NCBI GenBank assembly: GCA_000320545.1
Contig: ADNK01003167.1
Span: 37,194-101,193, forward strand
DNA length: 64,000 nt
Origin: Bigelowiella natans CCMP2755
Lineage: Eukaryota > Protista > Cercozoa
Direction: 5' to 3'
The position numbers and the translations under genes are program-made. Below are positions 1 to 13,490 of this stretch, piece after piece. The notes below the pieces were generated by a model, which saw only the letters and a list, made by a program, of their open reading frames with translations, was not told the DNA's origin and searched no databases. Within the stretch, counting starts at the first letter, position 1. Every line of letters begins with the position of its first letter.

Positions 1-959
1 GCCTGAACTACCTCTATTCTATGACGAACAATTTAGAGAAGAAATGCGTATGGAAGCTAGGAAACATGAATATCAAAAAGGTAATAAGTCAGTGATATGA
101 TAATTGTGACTTCATCGATAAGTAAACAATAGAGGATGATGGATAGTAATGATGATGATGATGATGATGATATTTCCTCTTATACTGAATAGTTGTTATT
201 GTCCTCATGATCACATATCATCCGTACATGCTTTTAGAATTAGCAGCAAGAGCAGAAGAAGCATCAAAGGATAATGTTATTGACGATGACAATTCTAAAC
301 GTGGACATCATAACTCACGATTATTCACGATTGCATCATCATCATCATCATATCAGAGGGATAATAGTAGTAGTAGAAGTAGTAGTTTAACTCGCATCTT
401 CAAGAATGGAAAAGGACCTGAAGATTTTTGTGATGATGAGTATCTCAACGATGATGAGCACAAGATATCGAGTACCTACTATATGCCTCCTATCAAAGGA
501 GGAGGAGGAGCTAAAGTAACTTAATTCATATCATAAATGAGAAGACCATATTTACAAATACATCATTTTTTTTCCCCTTCTTCTTCTTCTTCTTCTTCTT
601 CTTCTTCTTCTTTTTCTTCTTCTCCCAATCCAAATATTACAACAAAGATTATCACCTCACTTCCAAGGTTCCTCCTCTTCCCCTCTTGAATAATGAATCA
701 TACAAGTTGTTTGTGATAATCTTCATGATCATCATCAGGAATATAGGCCACAAATAATACCTTGGACTCGGTGGAAATGGGATTCATACTATGTTAAATG
801 GTAATGATTGTAAGAATCTAACAGAACAACTGTCAATATCACACTACAACGACGATTATTATAGTCAATTTGTGGTGCGAAAACCACTCTTCAACGATGA
901 TGATGAGGATGATGATATGACGGTGATAATGATAATGACGGTTTTCACGCAAGAAGATG

Positions 960-998
<39 letters not shown>

Positions 999-2006
999 AC
1001 CAATGGAACTACTACAAAATGTACCATTACTGGTGGTTTGTGTTAGAACCACAAGCATCATCATCGTTTATCCTCCTCACTTCTTCTTCCAATCACACAG
1101 CCGTGAGCCGTTTGAAAGACTTGTAAGGTACAAAGGGCGACTACGCTCATTCTTACGCGAGAAACTCAATCCAACAGACAGAATACTGGTACTACTAGAT
1201 GATTATCATTGTTGTGATTACTATCATTATTATGATTATATGTTGTTGGAACCAAGGTTTATCGGTAATATATTGATGGATGCTGTTGTTGTTGTTACTA
1301 CTACTACTACTACTACTACTACTATCTTTATCGCTAATATATTGATGGATGCTGTTGTCGCTGCTGTTGCTTCTACTATCATTATCAAAGTCGTCGTTGT
1401 AAAACATCCTCTTAATTATATATCCTATTTTTATTTGATAATATGTTTTATTCGCCTTCTCCCTCTCCTTATCCCCCCCTTCCAACTCCGCCTTCTCCTT
1501 TCTTTCTTTCTTTCTTTCTTTCTTTCTCTTAAAAGGTAATTGGATGCGGCCTATCTGAACTTAGCCATGGTCTCTACAAGGATGGGTGAGTTATCTATCT
1601 ACTACTAATGTCAAACCACCTACAATCATCACTATCACTACTGCTACTCGTATTGCTGGTAAATAAATAGTGCATTTTATTACTTTGATAGGTTTTTCTT
1701 CATCACGAATATAGATTTCTCTGAGGAAGCTATACGTATTATGCAAGACAGGTGGGTTAAGTAGTAGTGCCAATATATGGTCAATCAATCATTTTATTGA
1801 AGAAGCTTGCTATCGATAGTAGTGACGATGATGAAATCTATAGTCATCAACACCATCATCCTTCTCTTCATCATTATCATCATCATCATCATCGTTGTCA
1901 TCATCGTTATTATCATGTAGGAGTCATAATCAATTTAAGAAGATGAGTTGGCAAGTCTTAGATGTCACTGATATGCATTCTATTCAGAACAAGTAAGAAG
2001 AGAAGA

Positions 2007-2050
<44 letters not shown>

Positions 2051-2472
2051 TAATACTGATGTACCTCCCTCCTAATATGCTACTACTACTACGACAATGA
2101 CTACCTCTCATGAATGTGCTACTTTCAAGTATCTTAGGGTAGTAGTATATGACTAAATGAATTGACACACACACACACACACACACATTAGCACATATGA
2201 AAACCAGTTATTGATGACTATTTTGTGATGGTATATAGTTTATCAACAGCACACACTATTCATTGGTAATTTAGGAGTTACGATGTAGTGATCGATAAAG
2301 GATTGATGGACTCAATGCTGATGGTGGGAAGAGGAGGAGGAGGAGGAGGAGACTGCAGAAGAAGAGAAGCAACCATAGATCATCATCATCATCATCATCA
2401 TCATCGTGTGCGTATGGCCGTGAATGAGGTATATAGGGTTCTTAAGCCAGGAGGCACCTTCTTCCAGGTATA

Positions 2473-2508
<36 letters not shown>

Positions 2509-2675
2509 TTGTGCTACATTGAGCATGTTCTTATTGTGATGACGACGCAAATTGCTTAATTCTTCTCTTCTCTTTGGTTTATTACACATATACTAGAGTT
2601 GTTGTCATCAACCCCCCCTGTTGTCGTCGTAGCAAACTTGTCTAAATGATGAGTTTTGTAGCAGCTGCTGTTATT

Positions 2676-2709
<34 letters not shown>

Positions 2710-3293
2710 AGATATAACGGCTAGAGAATAAGCTATTCCATGATAAAGAAAATAAATATGTGAGAGATTTGAATCCATATGATTTTGGATTATGATGATG
2801 CGATGTCCTGTCATTCTAATCGTCGTTGAAGAAGGAGTAGTAGGTAATGAGCTGATAAATGCCTTCAAATCATTTGCTGCTGCTGCTGCTGCTATCATCA
2901 TCATCAGTTCAGTGCAGAAAGGCCTGAAACTCGTTTGAGCGTGTTAATGGGCACCATTGATAAAGAGGACAGCAAAAACAACAATCATCACCGCAAGATG
3001 TTCCACGCAAAACAGAATACAAATGAAGCAGCAGCAGCAGCAGCTGCACCACCACCTCGTGGTTACAGTGGAGGGGGGTAAACAAATTAAGTGATACTTA
3101 TTATGAATACTTGGGTTCCACATCATTTCTTCCTGATGATGTTGATGATGATGATGATGATGATGATGACAATGATAATGCCGCACGTATATATAATGTA
3201 GTTGATAATACTATCCAGGGCACTCTACTGGACTGTGACCCAAGATATACTTCCACAAAGCAGCAAAGACCAACAGCTGCATGCCTACGATGA
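1..3293 (+). CDS. Class I SAM-dependent methyltransferase, EEF1AKMT4/METTL13 N-terminal-like (multi-exon; starts before window; 3' end uncertain)
   Basis: Spliced exons give WDSYY (~780), EPFE..RY..L...DRIL (1101-1188), VIGCGLSELSHGLYKDG (1536-1585), ITNIDFSEEAI (~1700), MSWQVLDVTDM (~1945) and YDVVIDKGLMDSM...VNEVYRVLKPGGTF (2276-2467). This is the canonical motif order for the family. Confidence 0.85.
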
Positions 3294-3918
3294 TCAATGT
3301 GATGATGATGATGATGATGATGATGACAGCAGGAGAGATATTCGTTCCCAACACAAGGAGCTTCACAACTACCACCAGCACCACCAGCACCAGCATCTCC
3401 TCCTTCCTTTTGTTTATGTATGCCAAAAACCGAGACTCCTTGGTAATGTACTACTACTACTACTACTACAGTCCACTCTCTTTGTTATGTGATCGATTAT
3501 TTACATTGTCCAAGCCATTATTTGCTTAATAATATCACAAATGGTTTATTTTTCTGTTGGTGCTATATTTGGTGGTTTCATAAAACAGCTAATCTTTCCC
3601 TTCGTTTTCTAATGATTTGTTTGACTTTCTGGTAGGTTCAACTCTCCTCCCCCTCCAAGAGATTACGCATACCCCTTTTGCAACCCGACCTATTGATCTT
3701 CGTACAGATGAAGAGATTCGAAAACAACCTCTCGGCCCCGAAAATCTTCCGGCATCAACAGCATTTTATAAATAAACCGTAGCAGAGTGCACGGCGACAT
3801 ATAGCTAGTACTAGAAGCTTGATTTGGTAGCAGCGTTACCATACACATCGAATGATTGGAATGGTAGCATAAGTCACTATGATCCCTCTCTCCCTCTTCC
3901 CACCCCCTCTCCCACCCT

Positions 3919-3961
<43 letters not shown>

Positions 3962-4329
3962 AATAACGAAAACCTAATAATTTATACTATAATATTGGGT
4001 CCACTAGCTGTTACTCTGATGCAATTCAACAATATACATTGGCTATGACATGCATATGTACACGTACATGTATGAAACGGATGTTATTAAGTGATTAAAT
4101 ATTTTCAATTGTCATCCTACTGTAGGTGTGCAAAGCTGCGACTGAAGCGTTTGTATTGCATGTGTTTGTTTGCAACTCGCAATGTGCATGATGCAGCAAA
4201 AGCATTGGTGTAATGTCGCTCATGGCATACCGCACAGTCATTGATTCGTCGTTTGGTTTCGTCTTCCCTGTCCACCACTACTACTGTTAGTTACATGCCG
4301 TAGTCGTTATTGACCACAGTCAGCATGCA

Positions 4330-5083
4330 CGGGCCAATTTATTGGCAAGTGATGATCCCGTCTTTGATTATGACGCTACATGTTTCACAATGTGCGTAAT
4401 CTTTATTGCATTGTCCACGTCTAGACGTGACAGCATGAAGCTACCAATGTCGCCAGCTCCACTGATGCGATGCGCTGGGGAGTGTGATTTGAGTGTTTGA
4501 TGCCAGTTGCATCTGTTGGATTTTAGTTTGCATCCAAGCAGGCGTTCTGCGAGTCGCATGGCCTTTGGCCTTTGGAGTGTCAGCTGTCCATTTGTCTTCG
4601 AAAGTGGAGGTGAATGGCTTATGAACAATGAGCGCAATGTTTCTCAGCATCTTTCCTGAAATTATTTGATGTTTCAGTTTTGACGATGGGAACGTTGTTT
4701 GTTCGATCAGTAAGTCATCGGTGTGTTAGAGTGATTGAAGTGAGCCTGTAAAACGCGGGCAGTAGGCATGTGATGTTTTCCTTAGCATGGTTTGTGTTTG
4801 CGATTTCAAGTAGCAGGTAGCGACTGCTCTATTTGTGGCATTCAGTTATCTTTTGTGTGCCCTCTGCCGTCGCCAATTGAAGCGATTGTGCGTATAGGCC
4901 AGACTTTGAAAAACGTCTGGACGTTTGCAGCTTCAGTCCTGTGTTAGGGTGGCAATGTGTTAGAGAGCACGTGAGGCGCGCATCATCGAGTGTAGATCCT
5001 GGCATTCCCGCCAGGACTCGTTTCAGTACTAGAATACCTGCTTGCTGGGCAGGTTGTTCAAAGAATCTGTCCTGAGAGCCCAT
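4330..5083 (-). mobile_element. Decayed Ty1/Copia-like reverse transcriptase remnant
   Basis: Minus strand, in Copia RT order but with stops/frameshifts: QQAG..L..V..GMPG (AFLQ..L...V..P.G-like), KSGLYAQS (~4885-4910; KSLYGLKQS-like), HTDDLLI (4705-4725; YVDDLL-like) and DIG..MLSR...IVKH (PDI..LSR..V.Y-like). Matched by eye only. Confidence 0.5.
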
Positions 5084-5714
5084 TTCGTACTAGCACCCAA
5101 ACTAGCAAAATGTGGTGACCACCATGTGCATGCATGCACATGTGCGTGCATACCACTTGCAAACGCTACAGCCCTTCCTAGCTTTGCAAAGCTGAGATGA
5201 CTCCTGAATAAGAACGTGATGTCATTTCATCACATCTGTTGTCGGCGTGACGTGCACATTTATTGCACGGCACAGCATCGCGCCACATGCACACCGATGC
5301 AAGGTGCACATCACATGACCTTATATTCCGCCATGCATTCACACGCCAGCATTCAAACTATTTAAGTGCAACAAGTAGGCTATGTCTGCACCACGTTTGC
5401 AGATTTATTACACGATGTGTTCATCGCGCGCGGATAAATTGATCGATCTAGCGATAGATCGAATCGAAGTTGTGCACATGCATGCAATGGTGGATGGGTG
5501 GTGGTAATGGAGCACATGAAAAAAGTCAATTTGTACATGTACGCTATTACACAGTAGATACGCTAATGCTTAAAATTGTTGGCAGCATCGTTCTTGCTTA
5601 CTAATATTTCTTCTCACGTATCCATGGAGCTAGCTAGCCTTCAAGGAATGATGATGATGATGATCATCATCATCATCTATGTGCCAAATTTCCATTATCA
5701 TTATATCCTAGCTT

Positions 5715-8015
5715 TCAGTTCTTCATTCCAGAGATCAAGTTATTCTCTTTAATGACAATGCTCAAAATCCTCCTACGTGATCAACTACTACTACTACTTC
5801 TACTTCTACAACTACTACGACTAAAGTCCCTTTGAGATATGTTTTAAGATTCGTTTTGAATCTTTTCTTACCGCTGCGAGTTTAAGCCTGAGGAGAGCAT
5901 TGTTGTTACTGTTATTATCACCTTGGTCATCATCACCACCTGTGATATGATCATTCAAACAATATACAACTTACATCAGCCTACTTTTCGATGATGCCGA
6001 ATGATCAAGAATATGTTAAAATTTACCTCCGTGAAAAGCTAACGAGTTGGATTTCTTGCTGGAAATCCTGCAGAAATATCGTGCCACTTTAGCCAGATCT
6101 TGATGCAAATCGTGCTGAGGATTTAAGGCCACCATGACAAATGCAGCCCTTAAAGGGCCGTTCGGAAGGAGTTTCTGCTGGTTTAAATGTTGGGTTAAAT
6201 CCATACAATCTTTAATGGTTCTCCCACTTAGAACCGAAGTAGCACTCACATCTTTGTTATCTGCCGCTGCTGCTGCTGCTGCTGCAGAATGATTCATCAT
6301 TTCTAGTGTTGTTCCATCTCCTCCTCCTCCTCGAAACGTCATAGATCTTGGCGACAAATCATCACTCGACTTTATTGAAGGATTGTTGTTGTTGTTTTTC
6401 TTCTTCTCTTCTCGCAATCCATTATAATACATGGAATAATTGTCTTCATTTTCTGTTAATAGGGATAGCTTCGATGAGAAGCTCTTAATCACTGAAGGAC
6501 GTGGTGATAGACGAAGATGATCTCGTGGCACTTTAGAATTCAAAAGTGATGTGATAATCTGTGATGAAGTAGTAGGTGTAGAAGAAGAAGGGAAAGAGAG
6601 AGGAAGTGAATAAACCCTCCTTACTTTAAAGGGGGAGGAGGAGGGCGAAGCTACATCTCCTTTTCTTTTCCCTCCTTCTTCTCTTGCTGGTGGTGGTAGT
6701 AGTGGTGAAGGTGATTCTGTACTACTTCTTAACAGAGGTTGTCGGCACATCATGCTATCCTCATCATCATCTTCTTCTTCTTCTACATCCTCTTCCCTCC
6801 CACTCGTCATCATCGTCATATTACTCTTGGGGCTGCTATTCTCTGCTACTACTGCTGCTTTCGAAACAGGGGAAGAATTAATGCGGTCATCGACGTCATC
6901 ATCGTCATTATAATCATCATCATCATCGTGGGGATCTGCTGCAAGAAAATGATGATGCTGCCACTGCGTTGAAGGAGTGTTAGCAGCATTATTATTACTA
7001 CGAATACTATTATTTGTAGATTGTGATATTGCTCTTTGACGGGTGGTGGTGCTGCAGTTGTATACACCATGATCGGTAGTAGCTTTCAATTTGAAGTCGT
7101 TCTCATTAGCTGAGTTGAGAAGAAGATGATGACCCGTCTTGTTCTTTTTCTTCTTCTTCTCTTCCTCCCCTATTGAATGGATTGTGTGGCCATTGGCAGC
7201 ATCATCATCAATGAATGCTAACGGTGCTGAAGAATGCGATTTGTTACGTTTCTCCACTTCATCATCTACTACTTTAACAACAACAATTTGAGAAGTTTCT
7301 ACTCCTCCTCCTCCTCCTCCTCCTCCTCCTCCTCCTACATCTTGTTCAGATGATGATGGAAGAGCTGTTATCTCTCCATGCAGAATGCTGCCGCAGTGAT
7401 TTTGATGTAATAATGATGTTGTTGTCGATGTCGTTCTAGGAGTATTCGATGATAACTTCTCTCTCTTTAGAGCACTTAAATCTTTGGGGAAAAGGTCAGG
7501 TTTAAGCTTTGGAAATGCATTCTTGGCATACTTCCAGCCCTTCTGCGCTCGAAACCACATGACCTCTCTATACTCTTGCAAAAGCATATGCTCATGCAAA
7601 CGTTGAAGATGCTGCTGCTGTTCGGTGAATGTCATTCTGTCAAGATCCACAGATTGAAGATGCTCAATAATATCGTCATCATCTTCGTTATTAAGGTTGG
7701 AGGGGAGAATGGTGTTCGTCTCTATTTTTGGTTCTTCTACCATAGGAAACCACCCGTTATTATTATCATCATCATCATTATCAACGGCAGTAGTAGTAGT
7801 AGGAGTAGTATTAGTATTAGTAGCATCCTTGTCTCCTTCAGTAGGGTTCTTTGTCTTTTTTCCTCCTCCCCCTCCTCTCTTCCTTGTCCCTATATCATCA
7901 TCATCATCATCATCATCCTGACGTGATCTAAGCCGTTCTTCATACATATCGAAGAATTCTTCATGTCCCCCTGAAATTTATAACAATAACTCGTCGTCAT
8001 CATCGTCGTCGTCAC

Positions 8016-8056
<41 letters not shown>

Positions 8057-8085
8057 CTTTCTTTATCTTATGATAACAAACACAA

Positions 8086-8118
<33 letters not shown>

Positions 8119-8817
8119 TAGCTTTTGGATTCTCCCCCCCTCTCTCTTCTTTACATGATGTGTTATAATAGTACTCGGGAATGTTTCAGTTGTGTTAGTG
8201 TAAGCAGTTTTATGACTAATTACTAGTAGAAGTAGTAGTATACGTGTTGTTGTTGTACGTGTGGTGCTGCTGCATCCATGCATGTATGAAACACATCTAA
8301 TACTACTACTACTACTACTACTACTTTTTCTACCTTCAAGAAAGTTTTGCATCATCGATGTTCTAAGAATCTCTCTAGCGTATGCACGTTGCTCACGGGG
8401 AAAATTGGCCACGAATCTTCGTGAATCAAACGAAGTTCTAGTGGTGGTGGTGGTGGTGATGGTGGCTCCGGCTCCTAATCCTTGTTTACTATCGTAGTGG
8501 GTAGGTGAGTATGATGAAGTCCTAGGAGGGGGGCTGCTGTTTTTATTCTTCTTTGTAATCTTAGAAGAAGACGAAGGAGGAGGAAAAATGAAGGGCGACG
8601 AAGAGGAGGAAGAAAGTCTTCTCCCCCCGTAGTAGTGTTTATCGTGCTGTGCCTTCAAGGGAGATACTATTCCTGACCAAAATCTTAGCATTCGTCTTTG
8701 TATTTGATATAATGACTCCCTTCTCCAACGTCGTCTTTGTGTGTTTCGTTCCAGAATTAACTTCTTACTTTCTAATTCAGCAGCTTTTAGAACTGATAAT
8801 GATGATGGTAATAAATG

Positions 8818-8854
<37 letters not shown>

Positions 8855-8939
8855 GGGAATCGAAGCCCATAGACTTTTTGCTTTAACTCTGATTGAAGGC
8901 TTAAATCTATGCTGCTTCCTGCTACGTCGACTTGTAGTG

Positions 8940-8974
<35 letters not shown>

Positions 8975-10112
8975 GCATTTGACTTTTGACCACCGTTGTT
9001 GAAGAAAGAATCAAATAATTCACGTAACTCTACTATCCTCGTAGTCATCTCCCATCGAAGAAGCTGCTTTTTGTTCTCCATTTCTCCCTCCTCCCCCTCC
9101 TCTTCTTTCTTAGAAGCGTAATTTATCAACCCCACCCCTGGCCACCACTTACAACAATTTAGCAAACGATGTAGAAGTTGTTTGTAGAGTTGGGAAGGTA
9201 AAAGAGCTGCTGTATCCCCCCCTGGAAGTGCTAGAACATGCTTGTCTATGAATAGTACTGCACACCCTGTAAGTAAATCAATACTTATTATATCGTCACC
9301 ATCATCCTTATGATGATCCTCCTTCTGAGCATTACTACTTGTTGTTGTTACTATTTGCGAAGTAAGTAGTCCAACTATATGGGGTTGTGATGAAACCATC
9401 CCTTTAAGTATCGATATAGCCATTCTTCGGGGTGTAATTGGATAGAAGAGGCCGCACCATTGAAGAGGTGCCATAAGTGCTCGAATCAAGTGACATACGG
9501 CGCTAACTACATTTGCGTTGTTACCTACGATGACAACATCTCTTTCGCATGCAGCAATACTTACGATTTGAATCAAGGCATCAGCGGATATATTCTGCAA
9601 TACTCTTGCTATATCTATGTCAACTATCCATGGAGGTACACCACAAGAAGGAGCAGCAGCATAACCACCCGGCGGCCTCTCAATTTGACAGTGTGCGTTA
9701 TGACCAAGAACGTAATTGTAAATCTTGCTGCCATCAGAGGGAGGCAACTTTATCGATGTGAGCATGTTGTGCACGTAATGCTCGATCGGTAGAGGGGGTC
9801 TTGATTGTGAGACTCTATACAATATCTTCACCAACTCCATTAATGTGTTACAATATTCGTGCTCGGAAACAAAGATAAGAGCTTTCGGAGAAAACAATCG
9901 AATTGTAGTAGCAGTATTGGTGGAGGAAGAAGAAGAAGAGGGAGGAAGAGGAACTTTGGTAGTAGAAGCAGTAGCATCTTCAGAAAGAAATATCTGTGAC
10001 GGAAAGCAATAATTAGTGAACAGGCATGAATTTATTGAAGATCCTGGTTATTTACTACAAACATGTATCAAAGTAGTACAGTACAGGAAGGGGGTGGAAT
10101 GAATAATTGAAT

Positions 10113-10154
<42 letters not shown>

Positions 10155-10648
10155 AATGTGATACAGTATATGCCAATATGACGATATCAAAAAGGGGGGT
10201 TTGAAATGGGTGGAGAATGTCTCATTAACAGCAGTATGTTTTAGATGACGACGCACCTCTTCGTCAAAGCTCAAACATCCTCCATATAAGTAGGACATGG
10301 AAGAATCTTCTACACACCCACCAGCAGCTTCTGATGATGATGATGATACTACTATGCGGAAACTGTGGACGCTCGGTGATCTTCTTTTAAAAGAAACCTG
10401 TGGTGTTCCTAAAGGAAAGCAATGCTTTCCAAGACTATTTATGATGTCGTCCGCCACCATGTTCTTGTCTCCAGCTGAGTAATAATCCACTGATTCGAGA
10501 CTTTTACCCTTTATGAATCAAAAGATATGAATGCTTAGGGTTTGATATAATAGTTGTTATTGCATCATAGCACGATTGGATTCGTTAAGAATAGGCTAGT
10601 AACCAATGAATATGGGATGGTTGAATAATTATGAACATTATGCATGCA

Positions 10649-10686
<38 letters not shown>

Positions 10687-10916
10687 ACAGGGTGATAGCT
10701 TCATTGTCGCAAACTCATTGATGGTACTATAAATGCTAGTAATAATAATAATAATAATATAGAGGTGAGATGCTTGCTGCTGTGCATATCTCCGTCTCGA
10801 TAATAATAATATAGAGGTGACATGCTTGCTGCTGTGCATATCTCCGTCTCGATATCTGTTTCAATCCAGGACTACAAATGAAAACATTAATCTGCTAAAT
10901 ACATCATCTGCCAGCC
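5715..10916 (-). CDS. DENN-domain protein (Rab GEF family) with long low-complexity C-terminal region; 5' end may extend to ~11300
   Basis: uDENN-like LGKHCFPLG and YLYGGCLSFDE (10255-10490). cDENN ERDVVIVGNNANVVSAVCHLIRALMAPLQWCGLFYPITP in ORF 8068-9897 and dDENN-like FVANFPREQRAYAREILRTSMMQNFLE. Large exon 6030-7970; probable last exon ...ENNLISGMKN* (TGA 5715-5717). Confidence 0.85.
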
Positions 10917-12328
10917 TGTAAGAGCAGAAGAATTTTAAAAGCCTTTCCTAAGTAATGATGTTGAATATGTAAGAGCCCTGTCGTTACTACTTTTAATTAT
11001 TGCAAAAGACCTCTTCCATGTTTGGACTTCAAGAACTTCTTCCTCAAGAGATCTTTTAAGGGAGGATGAGAAATAATTAGGCTACTTGTAAAAAGAGTAT
11101 TCAGTATTCAAGGGGGTGAGCTGAATAGAGTTACTATTGGAAGCATCATCATCATCATCATCTTTCTGACTGACTTTCTTTGTTTTGTATGTCTGCTGCA
11201 GAAGTAAATATTGCAAAAGGGTTTCCTAGGGGAGAAGCCTTCGTAGGAGAGAGGGGAGAAAAATGAGGATGAGGATGAGGAGTAGAACATTGCCAAGATC
11301 AGCATGCCCAGACGTACATCATTTCAGCATCACGAGAGAATTTGGAGGGAATGGCTTGGTAGTGTTGTTTTTGAAATATCGTTGAGATGGCAACGGTTTC
11401 CAGATGCAGTGTTTAGAACAAAATAAATAGGATGTTTTTCGATCATCACGTTTCGATGAGTGTGGGGATGTTGTTGACGTTGATGGCAATGTGATGACTC
11501 GTTGCATTCAATTCAAATTGAACAGGAGTTTTGTTGACGTTTGATTTTGTGCCAAGCAAGTCGACCTTGGTTCCAACAGGTCCTTGCTCGCTGTTGAGTG
11601 CACATGCACCGCAAACTCCAGACGCACGAAACACTCGATTGACTGCAGGTGTGCTGCATGCGCACACACAAATGCCCTTTGGAGACCCTTTTCTTGCAAG
11701 CTGGATGCACCTCAAACACACGGCGAAGATGCATCTTGTCGCTTGTGTTGTTCTGGCGCTGTCAAGGATTTTCCTCACCTCTGGACCTTTTGCTGCATTG
11801 TCGCCACACCTGGACACTGTTGTGCACCGGGATGTCACGATGCGCAAAGTTCGGTCTGCCCAAGGCTCTTGCAACTGTGTGAACAGGATGGCCTTTGAAG
11901 GTGGCGATGACTGTCACAAGGTGAAAGTTTTGCTTGGCATGCCCTCAGGCTCGAAGGTGGTGGACACGACGTGAGTGGACAGAGCTGTCAAGAGTTGCCT
12001 GCAATGAACAATGAACAATGACAAAGAACTGCATTTCCAAAATGTGACAAGACACTTGCAGTGCACGAAACGCAGTGCCTCGAACTGACTTTGGTGAGGA
12101 CCACCTGGTGAAACCAAAAGGAATCAAGAATGGCATTGCAGCCACTCCTCCGTTCCTAGTTTCATTGTTTTCAGTGCCTGATGTTTGCCAACTTCAGGAT
12201 CATGCATCCCTGAATCCTGTCGTGATGGTTTGCTCATGCTTGGAGATCACCAAGCAAGAACACCACACCCACGACCCCCAAGAGCACAATCCCATGGACC
12301 ACACCTTCGTGGTCTGCTTCACACCTGC

Positions 12329-12540
12329 CACAACATTCCCGGCTTTTGCGGAGACATTGCCCTCACTGGAAGGCATGAAGATGGAGGAGGATGCATTCTT
12401 CGTTCCTGGTCCATTTGGACAGCGAGCTTCGCAATGACCACAGCATCCCCGGCTTTTGCGGAGACAAAGCCCCCATCATTGCAATCAGAAGCACTGACTT
12501 CACGCCAACCACAACATCCCCGGCCCAATGGAGACATTGC
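12329..12540 (+). repeat. Three copies of a ~27-bp motif ACAACATYCCCGGCTTTTGCGGAGACA
   Basis: Copies at ~12330, ~12440 and, more diverged, ~12511. Confidence 0.8.
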
Positions 12541-12589
12541 CTGGAGACAGGCACAAAGTTTGAGGAGGACACCTCCATCCTGATGGGAT

Positions 12590-13050
12590 TCATCCAGGGT
12601 GAATCTTGGATGCAGATCCGAAAAGGCTTCGTTTGGCATCCAATTCTCCGGTGGCCTGCCCAATCGGTGAACAGGAATGTGGTGCAGGGAGGGGAAAAGC
12701 CACCCTCGCAACCGAAAAACCCACCACCCAGCACCAATTCGGCGAATGCAACTTTGAATCTTGAATGCAGATCCATGCATCCTTCACATGGCCACCGAGT
12801 CACCGGTGGCTGGGGCGACAAGTCTGTCCACCCCACCAGTGACCAGGAATGTGGTTCAGGGGCAGGAGGTGACCACCCCCCCCGCCCATCACCGCATCGC
12901 ACCAATTTTTTTTCCGAATGCAACTTTGAATCTTGAACACAGATCCACACATCCTTCGCCTGGCTGCCCAGTCACCGGTGTCTGGGGCGACATGTCTGTC
13001 CATCCCACCGGTGTCCAGGAACTCAACGCTCCCCCGCCCATCACCGCATC
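12590..13050 (+). repeat. ~160-172-bp direct repeat, 3 copies
   Basis: CGAATGCAACTTTGAATCTTGAA..CAGATCCA..CATCCTTC at 12743 and 12915 (period 172). A more diverged copy has TGAATCTTGGATGCAGATCC at ~12600 and CAGGAATGTGGT at ~12672 (vs ~12844). Confidence 0.9.
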
Positions 13051-13216
13051 GCGCGCCGCATCGGCGAATGAAGGTGGAAATGGAAAGGAAGCGATGCTTG
13101 TCCAGGCTGGAATTGCATCTGCATCACAGTGCATGAGCCAACACGTGTTTGCAGCGAGTGTTGCATCATTGTCGTGCATGGCGCCATGCCCAAACAAGCT
13201 TGGACCTCGCCAGAAC

Positions 13217-13490
13217 CAGCTCGAGGCACTGCGTTTCGCACTTTGCAAACATCATGACGTGTTTGGGAAATGTGGTCATCATCAAATTCATCATTCATTC
13301 ACAAACAAGAGGAACAGGTGTTCCAAGAACTGACTTCACATTCTCGACCACACTCAGTTGAGAACAGGCACAACGTCATCTCGAGAAGGAAACTTCGTGC
13401 AAAAGAAAGAAGCAACTTCATTGCTCGACCACACCACTTCCAAAGCGTTGCACGACACTTGCAAAGCACGAAACGCAGTGCCTCGAGCTG
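13217..13490. mobile_element. 274-bp MITE-like element with ~55-bp terminal inverted repeats (CAGCTCGAGGCACTGCGTTTCG...)
   Basis: Left end CAGCTCGAGGCACTGCGTTTCG at 13217 and its exact reverse complement CGAAACGCAGTGCCTCGAGCTG ending at 13490. Flanks AGAAC/AAAAC could be an imperfect 5-bp TSD. Further copies of the end motif at 12030-12088 and 16421-16497. Confidence 0.65.

Noticed and set aside
10860-10916. Apparent +1 frameshift (MYLAD*/YVFICSPG) at the DENN N-terminus
   Set aside because: An alternative frame RLADDVFSRLMFSF with a GTAGTC donor splices in phase to the next exon, so no frameshift is required. This cannot be resolved without RNA data.
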